This document shows positions 30,591 through 39,404 of a stretch of 64,000 nucleotides of DNA, piece by piece (positions within the stretch are counted from its first letter, which is position 1; each line of letters begins with the position of its first letter). The position numbers and the translations under genes were made by a program. The notes beneath the pieces are model-generated. The model ran no database searches, was not told where the DNA came from, and worked only from the letters and a program-made list of their open reading frames with translations. Origin of the DNA: Thermoplasmatota archaeon (GTDB lineage: Archaea; Thermoplasmatota; JAKEGO01); NCBI GenBank assembly GCA_028279595.1, contig JANQNK010000013.1, forward strand, positions 53,682-117,681, written 5' to 3'.

Positions 30591-31673
30591 ATGAAGGTAG
30601 CGATGTACTACAACAACCACGACGTCCGCCTCGAGGAACAGGAGATACCAACGATTGGCGACGACGAGGTCCTCATGCAGGTCATGGCCTGCGGTATCTG
30701 CGGAAGCGACGTCATGGAATGGTACCGCGTCCAGAAGGCTCCTAGAGTGCTTGGCCATGAGGTCGCCGGGATCGTCTCCGACGTCGGAAAGGACGTCAAG
30801 AACTGGGAGCCAGGAGAGAGGATCGTCGCAACCCATCACGTCCCCTGCAATTCATGCAGATACTGTCTTGAAGGCCATCACTCCGTTTGCGACTCGCTCC
30901 GGACGACTAACTTCCATCCCGGAGGATTCTCCGAATACCTTAGACTCCCTGGAATAAACGTCGACAGGGGACTCCTCAGACTCCCGGACGAGCTCTCCTT
31001 CGACCAGGGGACATTCGTCGAGCCCATCGGATGCGCGGTACGGGGACAACGCTTCGCCGGCGTAGCTCCCGGAAAGAGCGTCCTCATCATCGGTTCCGGT
31101 ATCTCCGGACTTCTTCATCTCAAGCTCGCCAAGGCCCAGGGCTGCGGACCGATCTTCGCCACCGACATCCATCCCTACAGAACGGATTTCGCGAAGAGGG
31201 TCGGAGCCGACGAGACCTTCCTGGCCTGCCCCCCCGAGGTCGACCCGGGGACGACTGACCTGGATTCATGCTCGTTCGAGAGCATCAACATCCCGGAGAT
31301 GGTGAAGGAGGCCAATGACGGATGCCCGATCGACGTCGTTATTGTCTGTGCCGGAGCCCCCCAGGCGATGGCACAGGCCCTCGAGTCCGTAGACAGGGGA
31401 GGCACGGTACTCTTCTTCGCCCCTACCCGCCCCGACATCAGGACCGAGATCGACGTCTGGGACCTCTGGAAGAACGAGATCACACTCACAACCTCTTACG
31501 CCGCCTCGGAACGAGACCTTCTCGCCGGTATCGCCCTCCTCAACTCGGGCGAGATCGACGTCACCGACATGATAACGCACAAATTCCCGCTCGCCGAAAC
31601 GCAGAAGGGCTTCGAGCTCATGGACGCCGGCGGAGAATCGATGAAGGTGATCATCGAACCTTGGGCAGAATGA
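30591..31673 (+). CDS. Zn-dependent MDR alcohol/polyol dehydrogenase
   Basis: CGICGSD, GHE, C..C..C...C structural Zn, GSGISG. Confidence 0.92.
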   Translation: MKVAMYYNNHDVRLEEQEIPTIGDDEVLMQVMACGICGSDVMEWYRVQKAPRVLGHEVAGIVSDVGKDVKNWEPGERIVATHHVPCNSCRYCLEGHHSVCDSLRTTNFHPGGFSEYLRLPGINVDRGLLRLPDELSFDQGTFVEPIGCAVRGQRFAGVAPGKSVLIIGSGISGLLHLKLAKAQGCGPIFATDIHPYRTDFAKRVGADETFLACPPEVDPGTTDLDSCSFESINIPEMVKEANDGCPIDVVIVCAGAPQAMAQALESVDRGGTVLFFAPTRPDIRTEIDVWDLWKNEITLTTSYAASERDLLAGIALLNSGEIDVTDMITHKFPLAETQKGFELMDAGGESMKVIIEPWAE

Positions 31674-32051
31674 CTTCGGTAGTGAATAATTCCCAAAACA
31701 TACCGTTCAAAGGAGTGTGAACTGTTAACCATCTTGGGAAATATATAACTAAACTATTCGAAAGGAAGGCAATTATGACTATGGCCAGTGGATTATCTGA
31801 ACTCTCATTAATATTATATACTTACTAATTATAACTAAGAACGCCAAGGGGAGGTTCATCCGACCCGTCCGGGTCGAGGGGACCAAATTCCTTCCATTGG
31901 GACCAAGCGAAAAGCACTTCGGATCAATGGAAATTCTGTCGGCAAATTGAGTTCATTTCTACAACCCAATTCCGGGCGATTTCAAATAACCACGTTAACC
32001 TTTTATAGCATAATTTCAAGAGAAGATTGGGGAGCAAAACGGGGGGACCAG

Positions 32052-32501
32052 ATGAAACATGAAGTACTCAACGAATTAATGGAAAATCCCGCGAGACCGC
32101 TCAGCGAGATCGCCCGCAAGCTCGGCAAGTCGAGAGCCTACGTCGGCAAGGTCCGTCAGAAGATGGAGCAGGATGGGACGATCCTCGGATACTCTACCGC
32201 GGTTAACCCAAAGGCAATTGGAGCGCAGTGTTTTCATCTAAGGATAACGGCTCCCGACCTCGAGGCTGAGAAATTGAAGCGGTTAGCTATTGGATTTCAG
32301 AGAGTTCATCAGTGTCTTCAGTTCAGCTCACTCGACCATGTGCTTCATGGGGAGTTCGATTTTCTAGCAACGGTGATGACGACAGATGCGGAGTGTCTTT
32401 GTCGGTTCAAGAAGATGCTGTTGGAGAACGGGGTCGAGGGGTTTGAGTTTGTACCGGTTTCGAAGTCGTTGATCAAGTTTGGACATATTAACTCACACTA
32501 A
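32052..32501 (+). CDS. Lrp/AsnC family transcriptional regulator
   Basis: PLSEIARKLG...MEQDGTILGYSTAVNP HTH plus RAM-like C-domain; GGGGGA before ATG 32052. Confidence 0.85.
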   Translation: MKHEVLNELMENPARPLSEIARKLGKSRAYVGKVRQKMEQDGTILGYSTAVNPKAIGAQCFHLRITAPDLEAEKLKRLAIGFQRVHQCLQFSSLDHVLHGEFDFLATVMTTDAECLCRFKKMLLENGVEGFEFVPVSKSLIKFGHINSH

Positions 32502-32590
32502 TTAATCTAGTCATTGGTATAATCATTTTATTACCCATTTAGTTGACAACATTTTATAGTGAATTCAATGATTTCAAATTTGGTGTGCCA

Positions 32591-35500
32591 ATGAAAAAAG
32601 AAATTGTATTGATAATAGGATGTCTTCTGATTGCGCAATTAGTACCACTAATTACGAATGATACCAATCGGAATATTGAGAGCCAAGATGCCCAGAACAC
32701 GGGTCAATCAATTGATAATGATATCATTGAGAATATCAACACGTTACTAATGGATGAGAATGAAATCTTAAATTCGGATACTGATGTAGAAATTGACGGA
32801 TTTGGTAATTCGCATAAAGCATTCCATCTGAATGATGGAGAGAATTATCAGATTTATTACTCCAATAATATTTACAATGGCTATGAGTGGAATCCCGCTG
32901 TTCAGATTACAACAAGTACAAGTGACTCAATGTATCCTCAGGTATGTTGGGACGATAACAGTGGTGTGGTATTCATTATTTGGGTTGAATTCGAAGGGAC
33001 AGGCACATATCAATATTCTGTCAGCGATATTAATCAACTTACAAGCACCCCATCAGACGATTGGTTTTTACCAATACAATACAATCATCTCGGATCTATA
33101 AGTGGGACATGGAATGCAATCTATCACGATCCCCAGTTACAGATTATCCTAAACCAAGGTTTACCTGACGAGAAATTAATCTATGACAGTGTCTCTTTGG
33201 ATACAATAATTCAACGGCATATGATACATCTTAACTATAATTTCGACACACGTTACGGTATTGCTGATGTTCCAAATGATTTATTAATCGATTCGTATTC
33301 GAATGGAATTGAAGGATATTATGTTGTACAGCTAAACACATATCCATTTGAACGAGTAATAAATGAAATTGATAAAAGTGGTTGTACGCTGCATTATTAT
33401 GTTCCTCAATTATCATTCATAATAAGTGGAACCAACAATGAGATTGAAAATTTAAAAATGTCAGAATATATCCGGTGGGTGGGATATTATCATCCAATGT
33501 TCCGAATTGACTCACAATTATTATTAAGCTCAAGCATTGAAAGGATTTCAATAAATCTCTTCCGACATGAAGATATTGGAACTGTATCTGAGGAAATTAG
33601 TGATCTCGGAGGAACAATAATCTCACAAAGCATTATTGGAGATATGGGAAGAATCATTTCTTACCTACATTCAGATATGTTCATTGATCTATCATTCATA
33701 AATGGAATTCATTGGATATCTTCAGCTCCTGAAACCACAACTTCATTCAACGATGATGGCACTCCTGCAGTCCAAGTCGGGATTCAAGACACAAATCAAC
33801 ATCGTGAAATTTTTGATAAGGTTACTGGAAAAAAACAGTTAATTGCAGTAATTGATGATGGGTTGGATACAGATCATGAAACTTTCTTCGATAGTACATG
33901 TCAATTGAATTACGATAATGGAAATGGTCAAACAAATGATCATGACCATATATATGCTTACAATACCGAATATGGGGATAGTGACTCAGAAATTGGTGAT
34001 CACGGTACAAAATGCGCTGGTGTCGCACTAGGTAACTCACCTGGGATTGATACATGGGATAAGTATGATGGTCACGCTTTTGGCGCAAGAACAACCTTTT
34101 GGGATATATATGTAAGTGGTCAAGGATATGGTCATGACCGGTATAGCGATTATTATCCCCTTTTTACTAAGGTTCATGATAATTATCCACAGAAATGCCA
34201 TATCGCATCCCATTCTGTAGGTGGTTATGACGATGGTGAAAGCTACAGAATTCCAGCAGAGGACTTGGATAGAGTAATGTGGGAGAATCAGGATTTTCTC
34301 ATAGTTCAAGCCGCTGCGAATGCTGGCGCCCATGGAGAAGGATCATTATGTGAGGAGGCAATTAGTAAAAACGCCCTTGTCATGGGGGCTAGCAACAATA
34401 ATTATCTTAATACAGTAAGAGGAGATAGTAGTCGGGGATATACTGCAGACGGTCGAGTTAATCCAACCGCGATATGTCCAGGTGAGTCCGTTATTACTGC
34501 GTGGTCTGGAAATCACAACGATCGATATACAGATAACAATGATGGTCGAGAATATTTTAAACGTACAAGCGCTGCAACTCCAGCAGCCGCAGGTTCTATT
34601 GCATTAATTCGACAATATCTTACTGAAGGCAGATGGTTTGAGGATAATGGAAATAAAAACGACAACTATAAAATCCAGAATCCTTCAGCGGCGTTGTTAA
34701 AAGGTTGCTTCCTTGCAAGCGCGGTGAGAATGGATGGGGCAGGATCCCAAAGAACTAGTAATACATATCCAAATCAGGATCAGGGATGGGGACGTCCGAA
34801 GCTTCGATCCGTAATGAACTTCGACAATCCAACTTTATCAACACGATTATTTGATCAGACAGGTGGTCTATTAAATAATGAATTCGAAGATTTCCTATTT
34901 AATGTCATTGATGATAATCGGAAATTGGTGATATTTCTAGTTTGGTCAGATCCAGCTGGAAACTCTGGTAGTCCACAATCGAAACAACTTGTTAATAATC
35001 TGAATTTGATACTTGAAGCACCGAATGGTGACGTATATTATGGAAATAATCATAATAATCAGGGTGAATCAAGAACCTATTCCTCTGGTGGATCATCCCT
35101 TGATTCAGTAAACAATGTTGAAGCGATTCATATTCCGTCAGGAAATCTTCAAACAGGTACTTGGAAAATCAGAATTGATGGGGATTTAATCAATGAAAAT
35201 GAAGGTAGGCAACCATATGCAATTGTCGCTCGTGGGAATATTGGTGATTTCCGCCAAGTTGATGTAAGTTCGGTCCGTGCATACGAATATGTTGGTTTCG
35301 ATAATCATAATGGTGCAGGGTTGACGATGACATATTTTGATACTACATCGGATACAATCAAGATGATAGATATTGATAATGATGGAAATCAAGATTGTAT
35401 TGCTGTTGAGATTTTCCGCGATGGTGATTGGAGATATATTCATTACTCAATAGGATGGAATTTACAACAATCTGGGGAATTTGAAAAATGGACACATTAC

Positions 35501-36271
35501 CCAGAGGACCCATATGACTTAGGTATAAGTAATTATGACTTTCGGGATGCCGCTGTAGCAATTGGACACTTTGATCCAGGGGTTGATAATAAACTAGATA
35601 TCATAGTCGCAGCGGTAGAAAATGGTTTTGACAAAATCAGAATCGCATGCGGGCGAGACATTGGTACTGATGGCGAATTTCGAGAATGGGATTGCTATCT
35701 CCAGCAAACTGATGCAATGGGTAATTCCCATGATGGGTTAGGGCTTGTACTCCATGATATTGATAATAACGATAAATTAGATGGCATTTTTATGGTATGC
35801 GATGATCCTTCCGGAAATAATAATTATCGTTATAAAATTGGTTGGGATATTGGAGGAGATGGATCCTTTAGTTCTTTTACGGGCCAAATTGGAAATTCAG
35901 TCGATGCAGATGGACATAATCAAGATGGGGGTGGATTAGCGATATGGGATATTGACGAAAATGGTCTTTATGATGTTCTATTTTATGCCTTAGATACACC
36001 AGGTGACGGTTCTGACAATATCCGATATAGAATTGCATATGACATAGATACTAATGGACATTTTGATCATTGGTCTTCGAAAAAACGGATATCTAAACCA
36101 TTTGGTACACATAGCTCAGGAGGAGGTGTCGGAATTCTTGATATGGAAAATGATTACGAGAGTCACGGGCCTGAGGCATTTTTCATGTCTCTAGACAATC
36201 CTGATGGTGAAGATAATGTTCGAATCAGAATCAGTTATCAATTAACACATGATGGAAATCCAGGATGGTAG
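32591..36271 (+). CDS. Secreted S8 subtilase (KP-43-like) with propeptide, beta-sandwich and C-terminal 5-repeat propeller-like domain
   Basis: Signal MKKEIVLIIG; catalytic D (VIDDG), H (HGTKCAG), oxyanion N (AAANAG), S (RTSAATP); QGWGR, LVWSDP, NNVE. Confidence 0.9.
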   Translation: MKKEIVLIIGCLLIAQLVPLITNDTNRNIESQDAQNTGQSIDNDIIENINTLLMDENEILNSDTDVEIDGFGNSHKAFHLNDGENYQIYYSNNIYNGYEWNPAVQITTSTSDSMYPQVCWDDNSGVVFIIWVEFEGTGTYQYSVSDINQLTSTPSDDWFLPIQYNHLGSISGTWNAIYHDPQLQIILNQGLPDEKLIYDSVSLDTIIQRHMIHLNYNFDTRYGIADVPNDLLIDSYSNGIEGYYVVQLNTYPFERVINEIDKSGCTLHYYVPQLSFIISGTNNEIENLKMSEYIRWVGYYHPMFRIDSQLLLSSSIERISINLFRHEDIGTVSEEISDLGGTIISQSIIGDMGRIISYLHSDMFIDLSFINGIHWISSAPETTTSFNDDGTPAVQVGIQDTNQHREIFDKVTGKKQLIAVIDDGLDTDHETFFDSTCQLNYDNGNGQTNDHDHIYAYNTEYGDSDSEIGDHGTKCAGVALGNSPGIDTWDKYDGHAFGARTTFWDIYVSGQGYGHDRYSDYYPLFTKVHDNYPQKCHIASHSVGGYDDGESYRIPAEDLDRVMWENQDFLIVQAAANAGAHGEGSLCEEAISKNALVMGASNNNYLNTVRGDSSRGYTADGRVNPTAICPGESVITAWSGNHNDRYTDNNDGREYFKRTSAATPAAAGSIALIRQYLTEGRWFEDNGNKNDNYKIQNPSAALLKGCFLASAVRMDGAGSQRTSNTYPNQDQGWGRPKLRSVMNFDNPTLSTRLFDQTGGLLNNEFEDFLFNVIDDNRKLVIFLVWSDPAGNSGSPQSKQLVNNLNLILEAPNGDVYYGNNHNNQGESRTYSSGGSSLDSVNNVEAIHIPSGNLQTGTWKIRIDGDLINENEGRQPYAIVARGNIGDFRQVDVSSVRAYEYVGFDNHNGAGLTMTYFDTTSDTIKMIDIDNDGNQDCIAVEIFRDGDWRYIHYSIGWNLQQSGEFEKWTHYPEDPYDLGISNYDFRDAAVAIGHFDPGVDNKLDIIVAAVENGFDKIRIACGRDIGTDGEFREWDCYLQQTDAMGNSHDGLGLVLHDIDNNDKLDGIFMVCDDPSGNNNYRYKIGWDIGGDGSFSSFTGQIGNSVDADGHNQDGGGLAIWDIDENGLYDVLFYALDTPGDGSDNIRYRIAYDIDTNGHFDHWSSKKRISKPFGTHSSGGGVGILDMENDYESHGPEAFFMSLDNPDGEDNVRIRISYQLTHDGNPGW

Positions 36272-36428
36272 TTATGAAAGAGATAATATAGGTCCGTGAG
36301 TCGATAAGGTGTGAAGATACAATGAATCATCATATGTATGGATTCATTGTATTATCCCTTATTTATCACAAGAATATACGAAAAACAGCTGATGTTTACA
36401 TGTGATTCTGTAACAGAAATTGTAGTAA

Positions 36429-36971
36429 TCAATCGATAGAAAATCTGATATAATGGAGTACTAAACAAATCGATTTATTAACAGATTGACTCAAACCATC
36501 CTGCCTACAAACCGCCTCCGGCTGAACTGCCACAACCCGAATCCGCTTCACAGGCAACTCATCTAGCTTGATCATCATCTTGATCGTCTCGATCACATCG
36601 AACGAATGCATCGAGATCCCAGTCCCCGTCGACTCCACCTCATCCGGATCGAAGGTCACAACTTCCCCAACCTCACCTCCGAAATCAATGGCATCCACGA
36701 CAATGGCTTCATCGTATCCTTCCATGTCGTAGATCGCCCTCAGCATCGACGTGCCGGAGTCAAATGCCTCGATTAGGACCTCCTCGACGCCCGTTTCCAC
36801 CGACTCGTCGAGAAGCCCCTCCTTTCGAAGGATCCCGGGTAGGTCAACGGCTCCGGTCGCCTCTCCGCGGTCCGGCACTCCCATCTCATGAAGCTTCCTG
36901 ATCACGTACGGGCCGATGCCGTCGTCGCCCATGAGCTCGTTGCCGACGCCTACGATGCAGATCCTCTTCAT
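36429..36971 (-). CDS. Hydrogenase maturation protease
   Basis: GVGNELMGDDGIG, VVDAI, SMH; downstream of the hydrogenase operon. Confidence 0.92.
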   Translation of the reverse strand: MKRICIVGVGNELMGDDGIGPYVIRKLHEMGVPDRGEATGAVDLPGILRKEGLLDESVETGVEEVLIEAFDSGTSMLRAIYDMEGYDEAIVVDAIDFGGEVGEVVTFDPDEVESTGTGISMHSFDVIETIKMMIKLDELPVKRIRVVAVQPEAVCRQDGLSQSVNKSICLVLHYIRFSID

Positions 36972-37055
36972 GCAATGCCTCCAATCCCATTGTTGTATAT
37001 TAACCCGGTCACTGTACGGTCTCGATCATTACCGAAAACCTATTGAGCTTCACAT

Positions 37056-37265
37056 TTGTTGGATTCAATGATGGTCGTGAGTCGAAGTGGATTGATCGGT
37101 GTGATTTTCATATCCGCGATTAGTCTGTTGATTTGCTGCATCATATTATTCATTATTGGTTATCACATCGGATGCATTACCGCCTTCATTGGTCTCTGGG
37201 TGATCTTCAATATAGTGACCTACCAGCTGGAATTGAGGAAGGCCGATCTCAGAAAGAGGAATTAA
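37056..37265 (+). CDS. Small 2-TM hypothetical protein (AT-rich)
   Basis: Two hydrophobic segments and basic C-terminus; start could be ATG 37068/37071. Confidence 0.5.
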   Translation: MLDSMMVVSRSGLIGVIFISAISLLICCIILFIIGYHIGCITAFIGLWVIFNIVTYQLELRKADLRKRN

Positions 37266-37292
37266 TTTTTACTGAACTAAAAGAGAAGGAAT

Positions 37293-37328
37293 GAAAAACA
37301 AAATTGCGGAGGGCTTGTCGCCCTCCGC
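37293..37328 (-). terminator. Hairpin + U-tract terminator of hydrogenase operon
   Basis: Minus strand GCGGAGGGC-gacaa-GCCCTCCGC followed by AATTTTGTTTTT, ~22 nt after the hydA stop. Confidence 0.75.
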
Positions 37329-37350
37329 GTTTGTGTGTGGGTTTTCGCGT

Positions 37351-38670
37351 CTACTTCCTGTCCCAGATCACTTTCGTGAAGTGGGTGGAGCAGGAGATGC
37401 ACGGGTCGTACGCGCGTACGAGCATCTCGCACAGGAGCTCCATCTTCGCGTCGCCTACGTCCATGAACTGGGGAACGAGCTTCTCCAGGTCCAGCTGGAT
37501 GTTGGCGTGGTTCTGGTTCGTCGGAATGACGCAGTTCGCCTTCGTGCAGAGGCCGTTCGAGTCGTAGGTGTAGTCGTGTATGAGGATACCTCTGGGCACC
37601 TCAACGACTCCTACGCCCTGTCCAGCCTTGACGTCTATGTCCGGGCTGTGGTACGGCGACTGCGGCTCGAGTCCGCGGGCGTCGATCTTGTCGATCAGTC
37701 CGATGGTGTCCTCGACGCTGTGGACGACCTCCACGAGCTGCGCGATGCTGTTCATGTACGGGTTGTAGCAGATCTCGGGTCCGAGGTCGAACATACCTGC
37801 GACGGTCTTCGCCAGGGGCGAAAGCTTGTCGTAGTTCAGGTTCACCCGGGCGAGCGCACCAGCGAAGTACGAGTCCATCGCGTTCTTGGCGTGCTTCGCG
37901 GTCGAGTGCGGCACGATGAACTCGTGCACGAACTCGAGGTAGTCCTGGTCGTCGATGCGTCCCGCAACGGTCGATCCGATGTCACCATCGTAGAGCGCGA
38001 ACTCGTCGTCCGCAACGAGGCCGATGTATTCGGTCTCCCTGGTGAAGTCGGGTATCGCCCCTGCAAGGGACTTCACGACGCCAGCGACGGCCTTGAGGTC
38101 GTCGACCGATCCTGCTAGGTCGTCCTTCAGCTGATACAGCTCATCCATGGTCGGGATCTTCGAGAAACCTCCCGGGATGATCCTCTGCGGATGGGTCGTC
38201 CTTCCGCATATCAGATCGGACATGTCGTTCGCGAGCCTGTGCAGCCTGATGACCGTCTTGACCTCCTCGGGATGCGAGTCCACGAGTGGTATGACGGACC
38301 CTACGCCGGCGAGGTCCGGTAGGACCAGGTATCCGACGTGGAGCACGTGGCTCTGAAGGTTCTCCGCGTGGATGGCTATCCTGCGAAGCAGGGCGTCCTG
38401 TTCCGATATCTCGATGTCCATCGCGGCCTCCGTGGCCTTGACGGAGGACAGGGTGTGTCCTATCGAGCAGATCCCGCAGATCCTCGAGGTTATGTGGTGG
38501 AGCTCCTTGTAGCTCCGTCCCACGACCATCGCCTCGAAGAAACGGGGCGCCTCGGGGACCTCCCAGAGCACCTTCTCGACGTTTCCTTCTCTCACCTTCA
38601 CGTGTATGTTCCCGTGTCCCTCGACACGGGTTATGTGGTGGACGTTGACGTCCAGGTTCGTTCCGTTCAT
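37351..38670 (-). CDS. hydA: Group 3b [NiFe]-hydrogenase (sulfhydrogenase) alpha/large subunit
   Basis: ITRVEGHG, PRFFE, SRICGICSIGH, EVPRG, RAYDPCISCSTH plus cleavable tail; ATGA overlap with hydD. Confidence 0.95.
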   Translation of the reverse strand: MNGTNLDVNVHHITRVEGHGNIHVKVREGNVEKVLWEVPEAPRFFEAMVVGRSYKELHHITSRICGICSIGHTLSSVKATEAAMDIEISEQDALLRRIAIHAENLQSHVLHVGYLVLPDLAGVGSVIPLVDSHPEEVKTVIRLHRLANDMSDLICGRTTHPQRIIPGGFSKIPTMDELYQLKDDLAGSVDDLKAVAGVVKSLAGAIPDFTRETEYIGLVADDEFALYDGDIGSTVAGRIDDQDYLEFVHEFIVPHSTAKHAKNAMDSYFAGALARVNLNYDKLSPLAKTVAGMFDLGPEICYNPYMNSIAQLVEVVHSVEDTIGLIDKIDARGLEPQSPYHSPDIDVKAGQGVGVVEVPRGILIHDYTYDSNGLCTKANCVIPTNQNHANIQLDLEKLVPQFMDVGDAKMELLCEMLVRAYDPCISCSTHFTKVIWDRK

Positions 38671-39404
38671 TGATCTCCCTCCCATCCGAAATAGGTCTGG
38701 AAGTTCTTGATCACCTCATCGGGTGTGAGGCCGTGCGCTTCCAGGACCTCCATGTGGGCGTTCTTCTCCGGGTCGTCTATCAGACCGCGGCAACCCCAGC
38801 ATTTGGTCCCCTCGTTAACGCAGCAAGAATTGCAGCCGGCACGGGTCACGGGACCCACACAGACCTCGCCCCTGTCGAAGGCGCATACGTTCTCGTTCTT
38901 CTTGCACTCGACGCAGATCGGGTAGTTCGGTATGTCGGGCGTCCTCCCGAGCAGGAGGGTCTTCACGACATGCAGGAACTCGTCCCTGTCGATCGGGCAG
39001 CCAGGCACGGCGGCCTCTATCGGGATGACAGCGCTGATCGGCCTCGCCTTGTAGGTGTCGAACCAGTCAGCCTTGTCGCCGTAGACCTCCGCCCTGTACC
39101 AGGCGGGGTCGAGGTGGTTCTTGAGGCTGTTGATACCGCCGATGGCGGCACAGGAGCCGATCGCTATGACGATCGATGCGCATTCGCGGATGTGCTTGAG
39201 CTTCTCCTCGTCCTCCGGCCTCGTGCACGAGCCCTCGACGATCGCGATGTCGTAATCGTCGGTGCGCTCCTTCATCGCCTCGCGGAAGGTGACCACTTCG
39301 ACGTGACCGAGGAGCCCCAGAAGGGATTCCTCGAGGTTAACGATCTGAAGCTCGTCGCCCTCGCAGCCGGCGAAGTCGAATATTGCCACGCGTGGTTTGC
39401 TCAT
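38667..39404 (-). CDS. hydD: Sulfhydrogenase delta/small subunit
   Basis: C14-E-G-D17, VEGS, GSCA, PGCP, C.EC, C.GP.T..GC...C...C.GC.G. Confidence 0.92.
   Translation of the reverse strand: MSKPRVAIFDFAGCEGDELQIVNLEESLLGLLGHVEVVTFREAMKERTDDYDIAIVEGSCTRPEDEEKLKHIRECASIVIAIGSCAAIGGINSLKNHLDPAWYRAEVYGDKADWFDTYKARPISAVIPIEAAVPGCPIDRDEFLHVVKTLLLGRTPDIPNYPICVECKKNENVCAFDRGEVCVGPVTRAGCNSCCVNEGTKCWGCRGLIDDPEKNAHMEVLEAHGLTPDEVIKNFQTYFGWEGDQ

Larger units (their letters stand above)
31680..36500. other. Low-GC island carrying Lrp regulator and S8 protease
   Basis: Abrupt switch to AT-rich sequence and A/T-ending codons versus GC-rich flanks; boundaries approximate; no integrase seen. Confidence 0.8.

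Noticed and set aside
31680-36500. Provirus or IS-bounded element
   Set aside because: No integrase, transposase, capsid genes, terminal repeats or tRNA att site visible.
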